Assembly: GCA_016869045.1 (NCBI GenBank)
Contig: VGFC01000004.1
Coordinates: forward strand, 40 to 64,039
DNA length: 64,000 bases
Reading direction: 5' to 3'
DNA from: Armatimonadota bacterium
GTDB taxonomy: Bacteria; Armatimonadota; Zipacnadia; Zipacnadales; VGFC01
This document shows, piece after piece, positions 27,420-35,731 of this stretch. Made by a program: the position numbers and the translations under genes. The first letter of the stretch is position 1, and every line of letters begins with the position of its first letter. Under the pieces are notes generated by a model. It was not told the origin of the DNA, did not search any database, and saw only the letters and a program-made list of their open reading frames with translations.

Positions 27420-28178
27420 ATGGCCGGTAGTCGGCTAACGGCCGCCGCCCGGTACTTCCGGACGGCGGTCGATCTGCTTCAGAGGATCGCGGACGACCAG
27501 GCCGACGCGATGGAGCAGGCCGCGCAGAAGATCGCCGGCGTCGTGCGCCGCAGTCGGCTCGTCCACACCTTTGGCTGCGGCCACTCGGGCCTCCTCGCTC
27601 AGGAGATCTTCTACCGCTCGGCGGGCCTGATGCTCGTCAACTACGTCCACGCCCCCGGCCAAACCCTCGACGTGCGGCCCGTACGGATTACCAGCCATTT
27701 CGAGCGCCTGAGCGGCTACGCGGAGATCCTCGCCGCCGGCCAGGACATCCTACCCGACGATGTCGTCATCGTCATCTCCAGCTCCGGTCGCAACGCCGCC
27801 CCCATCGAGTTCGCGATCGAAGCGAAGCGCCAGGGCGCCCTCGTGATCGCCCTCACCTCCCTGATGATCGCCGCCTCCGGCGTGAAGAGCCGCCACGCGA
27901 GCGGCACCCTCCTCCACGATCACGCAGACCTCGTCTTGGACAACCACCTCGACCCGGGCGACGCCATGGTGGACCTGGACAACTTCGCCCAGCGCGTCGG
28001 CCCGATGTCCACTGTCCTCGGCGCGGCGATCCTGCAGGCGGTCGTGGCCCGCGCCATCGAGATCCTGGCCGACGAAACAACGGACCTGCCGGTCTTCATC
28101 AACGCCAACGTGGACGGCGGCACCGAGCACAACGAGCGGTGGATCGCCCGCCTCTCCGGCCAGGCGAGACATCTGTAA
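27420..28178 (+). CDS. SIS (sugar isomerase) domain protein, UPF0309-like
   Basis: VHTFGCGHSGLLAQE…VIVISSSGRNAAPIEFAIEAKRQGALVIALTS is the SIS phosphosugar-binding fold. Confidence 0.6.
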   Translation: MAGSRLTAAARYFRTAVDLLQRIADDQADAMEQAAQKIAGVVRRSRLVHTFGCGHSGLLAQEIFYRSAGLMLVNYVHAPGQTLDVRPVRITSHFERLSGYAEILAAGQDILPDDVVIVISSSGRNAAPIEFAIEAKRQGALVIALTSLMIAASGVKSRHASGTLLHDHADLVLDNHLDPGDAMVDLDNFAQRVGPMSTVLGAAILQAVVARAIEILADETTDLPVFINANVDGGTEHNERWIARLSGQARHL

Positions 28179-28225
28179 CAGGCAAGCAGGAGACTCGCGC
28201 GGGTCCGTCGAACCACCCACAAAAC

Positions 28226-28342
28226 GGGAATCCGCGATTCTCGTCCGAGCTGTTCCCGTGTAGGGGCGCGATTCATCGCGCCCGCCCATGTAGGGGCGCC
28301 ATTCATGGCGCCCAAGAACCGATACCGCGGATTCTCATACAG
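28226..28342. repeat. family A element copy 1 (MITE-like: GGGAATCCGCGATTC… two hairpin units …CAAGAACCGATACCGCGGATTCTCATACAG)
   Basis: Units tgtaggggcgcgattcatcgcgccc and atgtaggggcgccattcatggcgccc, each a 7-bp-stem hairpin with TTCA loop; ends are an imperfect inverted repeat (GAATCCGCG…CGCGGATTC). Lies upstream of the AOR gene. Confidence 0.7.
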
Positions 28343-28380
28343 ACCCCCGACCACCACGGATCGGCGAAAGGGGAAGCGTC

Positions 28381-30258
28381 ATGGCGATCAAGGGCGTGCT
28401 ACACCGACTGGCCTTCGTGGACCTGAACACCGGCACGGTGACCTACGAGGACCCGGGCGACGAGCTGTACGAGAAGTACCTCGGCGGCTACGGGCTCGGC
28501 GCATACATGCTCTACACGCGGCAGAAGCCCGGCCTCGACGCGCTGGCGCCCGAGGCCATGCTCGGTCTGCTGACCGGCCCGCTCACCGGCACCGACGCGA
28601 TCACCGGCAACCGCTTCATCGCCGTCGGCAAGTCGCCCAAGACGGGCACCTGGGGCGATGCGAACTGCGGCGGGTACTTCGGCCCGGCCCTCAAGGAGGC
28701 GGGCCTCGATGGCGTCTTCTTCACGGGAGCAGCCAAGGACCCGGTCTACGTCCTCGTGCAGAATGGCGAGGTGACCGTCGAGTGCGCCGCTGACTACTGG
28801 GGGCTCGACAGTGTCGAGACCGAGGCGAAGTTCCAGGCGGCCTACGGCAAGCGGGCGCGTGTGGCGTGCATCGGGCCTTCGGGCGAGCGCGTGAGCGCCC
28901 TGGCCGCGATCATCAACGATGGCGGGCGCGCCGCCGGCCGCTCGGGGCTCGGCATGGTCATGGGCTCCAAGAAGCTCAAGGCCGTCGTGGCCGTCCCGTC
29001 AAGCCCGGTCGAGGTCGCCGACGCCGATGCCCTGAAGGCCGTTCGCCAACGCGTGCTGGGTGAGTACTACAAGGCGGGCAACCCGGCCTACGAGCTGTTC
29101 AGCAGCTACGGCACCTGCGGAATCACCGCCGGCTCGGTCCAGAAGGGCGACGCGCCGATCAAGAACTGGTCGGGCACCGTGCACGACTTCCCCACCGCCG
29201 AGAAGATCAGCGACGATGCGGTCATCGCCACCCAGACCCGCAAGTACGGCTGCTGGCGCTGCCCCCTTGCTTGCGGCGGGCACGTGAAGGTGGCGGAGGG
29301 CGCCTACGAGGTCGAGGGGCACAAGCCCGAGTACGAGACGCTCGCGGCCTTCGGCGCCATGTGCCTCAACGACAACCTCGCCTCCATCACGGTCTGCAAC
29401 GACATCTGCAATCGGATGGGAATGGACACCATCTCGGCCGGCTGCACTGTGGCCTTCGCCATTGAGTGCTACGAGCGCGGCATCATTACTAAGGAGGACA
29501 CGGGCGGCCTGGAGCTGACCTGGGGCAACCACGAGGCCATCGTCAAGGTCACCGAGCAGATGGGCGACGGCACCGGCTTCGGCGGCATCGTGCTGGGCGA
29601 TGGCATCAAGACCGCCGTAGGCCGGATCGGCCCGGAGGCCGAGGTGGCGGCCATGCACTGCGCCGGCGAGGAGCTGCCGATGCACGACCCGCGCTGCAGC
29701 CCCGGCATCGGCGCCAGCTTCGTGATCGACGCAACGCCGGGCCGTCATACGCAGTACGGCAGCTGGCTCGACGAAGCCGCCTTCCTCCCGCCGGACCTCG
29801 GCCAGCCCCTCCACGCCGACAAGTATGTCTACAACGGCAAGGGCGAGAACGGCGCCTACGTCAGCCGTTGGGGGCACGTCGTCAACGCTTCGGGCCTCTG
29901 CATGTTCGGCTGCACCGTGACCCCGGCGCCCGCCGTGCCCGAGTTCCTCACCCACGCCATGGGCGTCGAGTACACGATGGACAAGGTCCAGGAGGTCGGC
30001 GGCCGGATCGGCGCCCTCCGCATGGCCTTCAACATCCGTGAGGGCGTCCGCAATCCGCTGGACTTCAAGCTCCCGCGCCGCGTGCTGGGCGACCCACCGC
30101 TGGAGCAGGGCGACACCGCCGGCGTCACGGTGGACAACATCGTCGAGATCAAAGACTACTGCGCCGCGATGGGCTGGGACCCGGAGACCGGCGTGCCCAG
30201 CCGGGAGACGCTCGAGGGGTACGACCTGGGCTTCGTCGCGAAGGACCTGCACGGGTAG
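28381..30258 (+). CDS. tungsten-containing aldehyde:ferredoxin oxidoreductase (AOR family)
   Basis: 625 aa with AOR_N and AOR_C domains throughout: …NRFIAVGKSPKTGTWGDANCGGYFGPALKEAGLDGVFFTGAA…; Fe-S and pterin motifs including GCWRCPLAC. Confidence 0.85.
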   Translation: MAIKGVLHRLAFVDLNTGTVTYEDPGDELYEKYLGGYGLGAYMLYTRQKPGLDALAPEAMLGLLTGPLTGTDAITGNRFIAVGKSPKTGTWGDANCGGYFGPALKEAGLDGVFFTGAAKDPVYVLVQNGEVTVECAADYWGLDSVETEAKFQAAYGKRARVACIGPSGERVSALAAIINDGGRAAGRSGLGMVMGSKKLKAVVAVPSSPVEVADADALKAVRQRVLGEYYKAGNPAYELFSSYGTCGITAGSVQKGDAPIKNWSGTVHDFPTAEKISDDAVIATQTRKYGCWRCPLACGGHVKVAEGAYEVEGHKPEYETLAAFGAMCLNDNLASITVCNDICNRMGMDTISAGCTVAFAIECYERGIITKEDTGGLELTWGNHEAIVKVTEQMGDGTGFGGIVLGDGIKTAVGRIGPEAEVAAMHCAGEELPMHDPRCSPGIGASFVIDATPGRHTQYGSWLDEAAFLPPDLGQPLHADKYVYNGKGENGAYVSRWGHVVNASGLCMFGCTVTPAPAVPEFLTHAMGVEYTMDKVQEVGGRIGALRMAFNIREGVRNPLDFKLPRRVLGDPPLEQGDTAGVTVDNIVEIKDYCAAMGWDPETGVPSRETLEGYDLGFVAKDLHG

Positions 30259-30272
30259 CGGCAGGTGCTCGA

Positions 30273-30548
30273 ATGTCGGTAACGGTGCGCGTTCCACCGT
30301 ACTGGAGGCGACACACCGGCCGCAGGGCCGATGTCTCCGCCGAGGGCGCGACGGTCGGCGAGGCCCTCGCGGATGTCGTGCGGCAGCATCCCGAGCTGGG
30401 CCCGCTCCTCTATGGGGACGACGGGGAACTTGCTGCCGGCCTCTCCGTGTTTCTGAACCGTGAATCGATCACCCGGCGAGATGGTGAGCGCACCCCCGTC
30501 TCGCCGGGCGACTCTCTCATGGTTGTGCTTGCCATTGCGGGAGGGTGA
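30273..30548 (+). CDS. MoaD/ThiS-family sulfur-carrier-like protein (C-terminal GG)
   Basis: 91-aa beta-grasp-sized ORF ending …MVVLAIAGG; 15 nt downstream of the AOR stop. Confidence 0.55.
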   Translation: MSVTVRVPPYWRRHTGRRADVSAEGATVGEALADVVRQHPELGPLLYGDDGELAAGLSVFLNRESITRRDGERTPVSPGDSLMVVLAIAGG

Positions 30549-30560
30549 ACCTCAGCCAAA

Positions 30561-30819
30561 CAGGAATCCGCGATTCCCGTCCGAGCCGTTCCCATGTAGG
30601 GGCGCGATTCACCGGCCGTTGTTGTGTAGGGGCGCGATTCATCGCGCCCGCCCATGTAGGGGCGCCATTCAGATTGTGTTGAGAAAGGGCCCCGTCAAAG
30701 GAAGAACCCTCTCCTACGCGCTCTACGTGGCTCGTAGGTCGGGATACCAATCCCGACAATGCCTTTATCAACACAATCTTCATGGCGCCCAAGAACCGAT
30801 GTCGCGGACTCCCATACAG
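30561..30819. repeat. family A element copy 2, interrupted by a nested family B MITE
   Basis: Left end CAGGAATCCGCGATTCCCGTCCGAGCCGTTCCC plus hairpin units; right end CAAGAACCGATGTCGCGGACTCCCATACAG. The third hairpin unit ggcgccaTTCA|…|TTCAtggcgcc is split by the insertion. Confidence 0.7.
30672..30778. mobile_element. family B MITE (107 bp; TIRs GATTGTGTTGAGAAAGG / CCTTTATCAACACAATC; internal hairpin GTCGGGATACCAATCCCGAC) inserted in a family A hairpin loop with a 4-bp TTCA target duplication
   Basis: Read directly. TTCA at 30668-30671 and 30779-30782 flanks the insert. Removing the insert restores the canonical unit ggcgccattcatggcgcc. Confidence 0.7.
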
Positions 30820-30855
30820 CCGGATGCCCCTCACACAACCACCCGGAGCCGACCC

Positions 30856-32301
30856 ATGAGCAGCATGTGGGCAGTCGTCGCGACGCCCGCCCGACGGATG
30901 GCGGGCGTTCTTGCCATCGCCGCCTTGGCCACCGGCCTCGGCCACGCCGCCGATGAGGAGACCTGCGTCACCTGCCACGAGCAGGCCACGCCCGGCATCG
31001 TCCTGCAGTGGCGCAGTTCGGAGCACGCCAAGGTAGGCGTGCAGTGCTCGCAGTGCCATGCCGCCAAGGCCGGTGAGCCTGACGCGTTCGACCACTACGG
31101 CGAGACGGTCGCGATCATCGTCTCGCCCCAGGACTGCGGGCAGTGCCACGCCAGGGAATTCGCGGAGCAGAAGGGCTCGCACCACGCGAAGGCCGGGGAG
31201 ATTCTCGGCTCGCTCGACAACCTCCTGGGCGAGGTCGTCGGTGGCGAGCCCGCGGTTAACGTCGGCTGCCGGCAGTGCCACGGGTCCATCGTGAAGGTCG
31301 ATGCCAAGGGGCAACCGACGCCCGGCACGTGGCCGAACACGGGCATGGGCCGGATTAACCCCGACGGCTCGCGCGGCTCCTGCTCGGCGTGCCATGCGCG
31401 ACATGCGTTCAGCGTGCGCCAGGCCCGGCAGCCGGAAGCGTGCGGCAAGTGCCACCTCGGCCCGGACCACCCCCAGATGGAGGTCTGGGAGGAGTCGAAG
31501 CACGGCATCATGTACCGCGCCACCCGCGAGGAGCTGAAGCTCGATGCGGACCCCTGGCGAGCCGGCAAAGAGTACTTCGTCGGCCCGACCTGCGCCTCGT
31601 GCCACATGAGCGCAGCGGGAGAGCAGCCGGTCACCCACGATGTCGGCGAGCGCATCTCCTGGACGCTCCGCCCCGCGATCTCCGCGAAGCTCAACCTCAT
31701 CGTGCTGGAGAACGGAGCGCAGGTCGATGTCCTCGGCGACGACCCGCAGCTCCCGAAGGTCGGCGACAGCTACACGCCCCCAGGGAAGGAGGCCCAGAAG
31801 GTCCGCGCGGTGCTCAACTGGCAGGCGCGGCGCGAGCGGATGCAGGATGTCTGCCGACAGTGTCACGCCGTGCCCTTCGTGCAGCAGGCCTACGCTCAGT
31901 TCGACGAGGCCGTCATCCTGTACAACGAGAAGTTCGCGAAGCCCGGCAAGGCCCTCATCGACGACCTCCGCAAGGCCGGGAAGATCACGCCGGTGGACTT
32001 CGACGACCCGATCGAGTGGACGTGGTATGAGCTATGGCATCACGAGGGTCGGCGGGCGCGCCACGGCGCAGCGATGCAAGGCCCTGACTACGCGTGGTGG
32101 CACGGCATCTACGACGTGGCCAAGACGTTCTACCAGCACCTCCTCCCGCAGGTCCGGGAGGTAGCCGGACCGGAACTCGCGGACGAGCTGCTGAAGCGGG
32201 ACGTCTACACCGTGCCCGGACACGAGTGGCACCGCGATGGCATGAGCAAGGACGCGCTGGAGAAGATGCAGCAGTTCTACCGAGAGCGCTACGGCCAGTA
32301 G
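30856..32301 (+). CDS. octaheme c-type cytochrome, hydroxylamine-oxidoreductase (HAO/eHao) family
   Basis: ATG at 30856 (MSSMWAVVATPARRMAGVLAIAALATGLGHA signal). Eight CxxCH motifs (CVTCH, CSQCH, CGQCH, CRQCH, CSACH, CGKCH, CASCH, CRQCH) in about 480 aa plus …WHHEGRRARHGAAMQGPDYAWWHG…. The track ORF start at 30460 lies in repeat DNA. Confidence 0.55.
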   Translation: MSSMWAVVATPARRMAGVLAIAALATGLGHAADEETCVTCHEQATPGIVLQWRSSEHAKVGVQCSQCHAAKAGEPDAFDHYGETVAIIVSPQDCGQCHAREFAEQKGSHHAKAGEILGSLDNLLGEVVGGEPAVNVGCRQCHGSIVKVDAKGQPTPGTWPNTGMGRINPDGSRGSCSACHARHAFSVRQARQPEACGKCHLGPDHPQMEVWEESKHGIMYRATREELKLDADPWRAGKEYFVGPTCASCHMSAAGEQPVTHDVGERISWTLRPAISAKLNLIVLENGAQVDVLGDDPQLPKVGDSYTPPGKEAQKVRAVLNWQARRERMQDVCRQCHAVPFVQQAYAQFDEAVILYNEKFAKPGKALIDDLRKAGKITPVDFDDPIEWTWYELWHHEGRRARHGAAMQGPDYAWWHGIYDVAKTFYQHLLPQVREVAGPELADELLKRDVYTVPGHEWHRDGMSKDALEKMQQFYRERYGQ

Positions 32302-32321
32302 CCGTTTGGAGGGGCCGCATA

Positions 32322-32345
32322 CGAGTCCCGCCCTGGCGGGACGGA
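32322..32345. terminator. stem-loop GTCCCGC-CCTG-GCGGGAC between the convergent HAO-family gene and the SBP gene
   Basis: 7-bp perfect stem read from sequence, 24 nt after the HAO stop and 18 nt from the minus-strand SBP stop. Possible bidirectional terminator. Confidence 0.35.
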
Positions 32346-32362
32346 GTATCCGGCCCAAATCC

Positions 32363-33703
32363 TCACGGCTTGTGAGCCGCCCGGTACTGGTTGATTCGGC
32401 GCGCAGCGTCGCGGCAGCCCTGGGCGGCGCTCTTCCTGCCGATCCAGATGTTGTCCAGCTCGTTCTGGTACAGCTCCCGGATCTCCGCCCAATCGGGCAC
32501 GTTCGGCGGATCGACGCCGTAGCTCAGGGCCTCGGCAAACACCCTCCGCCCCTGCCCGGTGTCCCCCTTGACGTATGGCCCGTTGATGACGGATAGCCGC
32601 GAGGGCATCTTCTCCAGCTTCTCTGCCATGAACTGCTGCGACGCCGCGCTCATCAGGAACTCGAACAGCTTCCAGGCCGCGTCCGGGTGCTTGCTCTGCG
32701 TGCAGATCGCGTAGTTCTCGGTGCCCAGCATCGTGGCCCGCCGCTTCTTCATCGGCAGCGGCGCGACGCCCCACTGCAGGCCCTGGCTCTGCGTGGCTTC
32801 GCTCAGCGCCTGGATGTCCCACGGGCCGGTCATGTACATCCCGATCCTCCCGCTGCTGAACTCCTCCCGCCCCTCGTTACGCTCCTTCGGTTGGGACTGG
32901 GGTGTCACTCTATGGACCTGCAGCAGGTCGGCCACGAACTTCACCGCCTCGATGTCCTCGGGCGAGTCCAGTGTGCACTTCGAGCGGTCGCGGCTGAAGA
33001 TGTCGCCCCCGTTCTGCCAGAACCACGGGTACAGCCGTGCCTCCCAGAAGTCGATGAAGCACCCCCACTGATCGGTCGTTCCATCGCCGTTCGTGTCCCG
33101 CGTGAGCTTCCTCGCGGTCTGCAGGTATGCGTTCCAATCCCACGGCTCCTGCTTGTCGGGGTAGGGCACGCCCGCGGCGTCGAACAACGCCTTATTGTAG
33201 AAGAGCGCGTACACCGACGTGTAGCGGGGCAGCGAGTACAGCTTGCCCTTGTGCCGGCACAGGTTGAGCAATCGCTCGTTGAAGTCCGACACCGACAGGT
33301 CTTGGGATTTCGCCAGGTAGTCGTCCAGCGGCAACAGGGCGCCCTTGCTCGCCAGCGGCACGAAGTACGCGCCGTGTATCGAAACCAGGTCCGGCGCCAC
33401 CTGGGCCGCGATCGCCCCCTGCAGCTTGGCCATGGGCTCCTTGCTCCCGGCGGCATTCTGCAGCTCCACGCTGATGTCCGGGTTCGCCTTCCGGAACTCG
33501 TCCAGCAACGCCTCGTTCGCCTCCTCCTCCGCCGCCTCCGTCCACGTGTACATGGTGATCTCAACGCCGCCGGACTTCCCCTGCGGCGCCGAGGTCGTCC
33601 CCGCCTTCTCCTCTTTGACGACAGTACACCCAACCACGAGAGCAACGGACAGGGCGACAACACCCAGAACCGTGCAGTGCTTCAACGCGGGACTTCCTCT
33701 CAC
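32363..33703 (-). CDS. ABC transporter substrate-binding protein (family 1 / carbohydrate-type)
   Basis: Signal plus lipobox (VGCTV), then sugar-SBP composition (…MYTWTEAAEEEANEALLDEFRKANPDISVELQN…YSLP…). No cognate permease or ATPase is adjacent in this window. Confidence 0.7.
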   Translation of the reverse strand: MRGSPALKHCTVLGVVALSVALVVGCTVVKEEKAGTTSAPQGKSGGVEITMYTWTEAAEEEANEALLDEFRKANPDISVELQNAAGSKEPMAKLQGAIAAQVAPDLVSIHGAYFVPLASKGALLPLDDYLAKSQDLSVSDFNERLLNLCRHKGKLYSLPRYTSVYALFYNKALFDAAGVPYPDKQEPWDWNAYLQTARKLTRDTNGDGTTDQWGCFIDFWEARLYPWFWQNGGDIFSRDRSKCTLDSPEDIEAVKFVADLLQVHRVTPQSQPKERNEGREEFSSGRIGMYMTGPWDIQALSEATQSQGLQWGVAPLPMKKRRATMLGTENYAICTQSKHPDAAWKLFEFLMSAASQQFMAEKLEKMPSRLSVINGPYVKGDTGQGRRVFAEALSYGVDPPNVPDWAEIRELYQNELDNIWIGRKSAAQGCRDAARRINQYRAAHKP

Positions 33704-33916
33704 GCGACAGCGCTACGCAGAACGCGCGGATTATAGCACCGCGCCGCCCCCCACACAACGGCGGGGTCACATCTTTAAATTTTAATCTTCTGCCGCTGTC
33801 GGGGTTGGGGCAGCGAACGCGAGACGTCGCTCGGGGCGTTCGGACTCGCTCTGGAGGGCTCGCAGCTGCGGAGGGCGAATCAGCGAGGCCGACCGCTCAT
33901 CGCCAGGAGGCTCCTC

Positions 33917-34750
33917 GTGTCTCACGTCGCACCACAGATGCCGTCCGTGCCGTTCGGCCCGGTTCAGGTATCCCGGCTGGTACTCGGCGCCAACCCGATC
34001 AACGGCGGCTCCCACCTGTCCGGCTTCGTGAACCGCCAGATGAAGCGCTACTTCACGGAAGAGAACATCCTGGCGCTGCTACGCCGGTGCGAGGAGCTGG
34101 GCGTCAACACCTGGCAGTCCGGCGAGGTGAACCTCGACCTGTGGCGGCGCTACCGCGAGGCCGGCGGCGAGATGCACTTCCTCGCGCTCGCCGCAGACAG
34201 CCCGGCCGATCCCGAGCAGGTAACGCGCCTCGCGCAGGCAGGCGTGCTCGGAATCGCGCACCACGGGGAGGTCACGGACAGCCTGTTCAAGACCGGACGT
34301 CTGGCGGAGGCGCGCCAGTTCTGCAAGACCCTCCGCGACGCCGGCGTGCAAGTGGGCGTCTCGACCCACATGCCGGCCGTGGTGGAGACCATCGAGGAGC
34401 AGGGCTGGGACATCGACTTCTACATGACCTGCGCGTACGAGCGGCACCGGACCCGCGAGGAGCTGCTGGAGCTCCTCGGCCACGTGCCGATCCCTCTGCG
34501 CGAGGTGTACCTGGAGTCCGACCCCCCACGCATGTACGCAGCCATGCGCAGCACTCCGAAGCCCTGCCTCGCCTTCAAGATCCTCGCCGCCGGTCGCCTC
34601 AGCGACTCAGCCGAGCAGGTCGAGGCCGCCTTCCGCTCCACCCTCGAGGGAATCAAGCCCCAGGACGCGGCGATCGTGGGGATCTACCCGGAGTACCGCG
34701 ACCAGGTCGCCGAGGATGTGGCGCTGACGATTCGCTACGGGGCCCCGTGA
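33917..34750 (+). CDS. hypothetical protein (possible TIM-barrel enzyme; no confident family)
   Basis: 277-aa ORF, GC-rich third positions throughout, no recognisable motif. Upstream AT-rich patch 33770-33790 (atctttaaattttaatcttc) could hold its promoter. Confidence 0.3.
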   Translation: MSHVAPQMPSVPFGPVQVSRLVLGANPINGGSHLSGFVNRQMKRYFTEENILALLRRCEELGVNTWQSGEVNLDLWRRYREAGGEMHFLALAADSPADPEQVTRLAQAGVLGIAHHGEVTDSLFKTGRLAEARQFCKTLRDAGVQVGVSTHMPAVVETIEEQGWDIDFYMTCAYERHRTREELLELLGHVPIPLREVYLESDPPRMYAAMRSTPKPCLAFKILAAGRLSDSAEQVEAAFRSTLEGIKPQDAAIVGIYPEYRDQVAEDVALTIRYGAP

Positions 34751-34758
34751 CCGCCCGC

Positions 34759-35577
34759 CTACAGCCCCAGTTCCGTCCGCGCGTAACGCACGCCCTGCTC
34801 CACCGCCTCATGCTCCCGCTCCCACGTCTCCTGCGCGGAAGCCCCGGCCGGAACCAGGCTCTCGAGCTGCACACTCGCCTGCGGGGCTTGTTCGTGCAGC
34901 AGGGCCACGATCTCCCGCAGCGGCACGATGCCCTCGCCGAGGGGCACGCCGTGCATCAGCGCTGTGTCCGCCTGGAGGGTGATCGTCGCGTCCTTCAGGT
35001 GGACCATCAGCACGAGGGGCGCGAGGTTGCGAGCCGCCGCCAACGGCTCCTCCAGCACCGCCAGCGAGTTGCCCGTATCGAAGCAGAAGCCCAGGTTCGG
35101 GCTGCCGACTCGCGCGGCGATCTGAAGCAGCTCCTCCGACCGCAGCTCCATGTGGTTCTCGATGGCGACCTTCAGCCCGAGTTCCTCGGCGAACCGCATC
35201 GTCTCGCGTAGGTTGGCGACCGCCGCATCTGCTTGCACCTGCACGGGCGGCTCGTAGCGGCTGCGGCTGACGAACGTACGCAGCACCGGCGACCCGAGAA
35301 CCGCCGCCGCCTCCAGCCACGGCCTCAGCGTCCCGAGGTCGGTTCCCATGTAGCCCAACTCCAGAGCCAGACCGCGCTCCCCTGCGACCTCACGCACCCG
35401 CTGCAGGTGCGCCTCCTCCAGCGACCCAACATGCCCCGCGTCGATGTAGACGGCCTCTAGCCCGAGCCCCGACGCGCGTTCGAGCACGTCGAAGATGTCG
35501 AACGCCTCCGGCACCCCGGGCTGTCCGGCCAGCCCGAACGAGTGATGGTAGCTGTAGGAACCGAGCCCGAACCTCAT
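34759..35577 (-). CDS. sugar phosphate isomerase/epimerase (xylose-isomerase-like TIM barrel)
   Basis: MRFGLGSYSYHH…AIENHMELRSEELLQIA…GFCFDTGN… (AP-endonuclease-2/XylA-like metal ligands). Start trimmed to ATG 35577; the upstream 35 codons lie in family A repeat DNA. Confidence 0.7.
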   Translation of the reverse strand: MRFGLGSYSYHHSFGLAGQPGVPEAFDIFDVLERASGLGLEAVYIDAGHVGSLEEAHLQRVREVAGERGLALELGYMGTDLGTLRPWLEAAAVLGSPVLRTFVSRSRYEPPVQVQADAAVANLRETMRFAEELGLKVAIENHMELRSEELLQIAARVGSPNLGFCFDTGNSLAVLEEPLAAARNLAPLVLMVHLKDATITLQADTALMHGVPLGEGIVPLREIVALLHEQAPQASVQLESLVPAGASAQETWEREHEAVEQGVRYARTELGL

Positions 35578-35626
35578 CGGCGCCCCTCCCTCGTTGCCCT
35601 GCAGCGTGGAAAGCACCGCCCCCGCC

Positions 35627-35708
35627 GTGTAGGGGCGTGATTCATCACGCCCAAGCGTAGGGGCGCCATTCATGGCGCCCAAATGTAGGGGCGCGATTCA
35701 TCGCGCCC
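35627..35708. repeat. family A hairpin array copy 3 (three units: …gcgtgattcatcacgcc…, …gcgccattcatggcgcc…, …gcgcgattcatcgcgcc…)
   Basis: Intercistronic between the isomerase and the Gfo/Idh/MocA gene. Each unit is a perfect 7-bp stem with TTCA loop. Confidence 0.7.
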
Positions 35709-35731
35709 CTCCTCGCCTCTCACACGCCCGC

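Noticed and set aside
28139-28426. Small ORFs translating the hairpin repeats (peptides like HVGARFIAPKCRGAIHGA, MNGAPTLGRDESRPY) and N-terminal extensions of 34759-35682, 41906-45007, 45004-47307
   Set aside because: The same peptide text recurs wherever the DNA repeat occurs, in varying frames and strands. These are translations of family A/B repeat DNA, not genes. Affected gene starts were trimmed to the first in-gene start codon.
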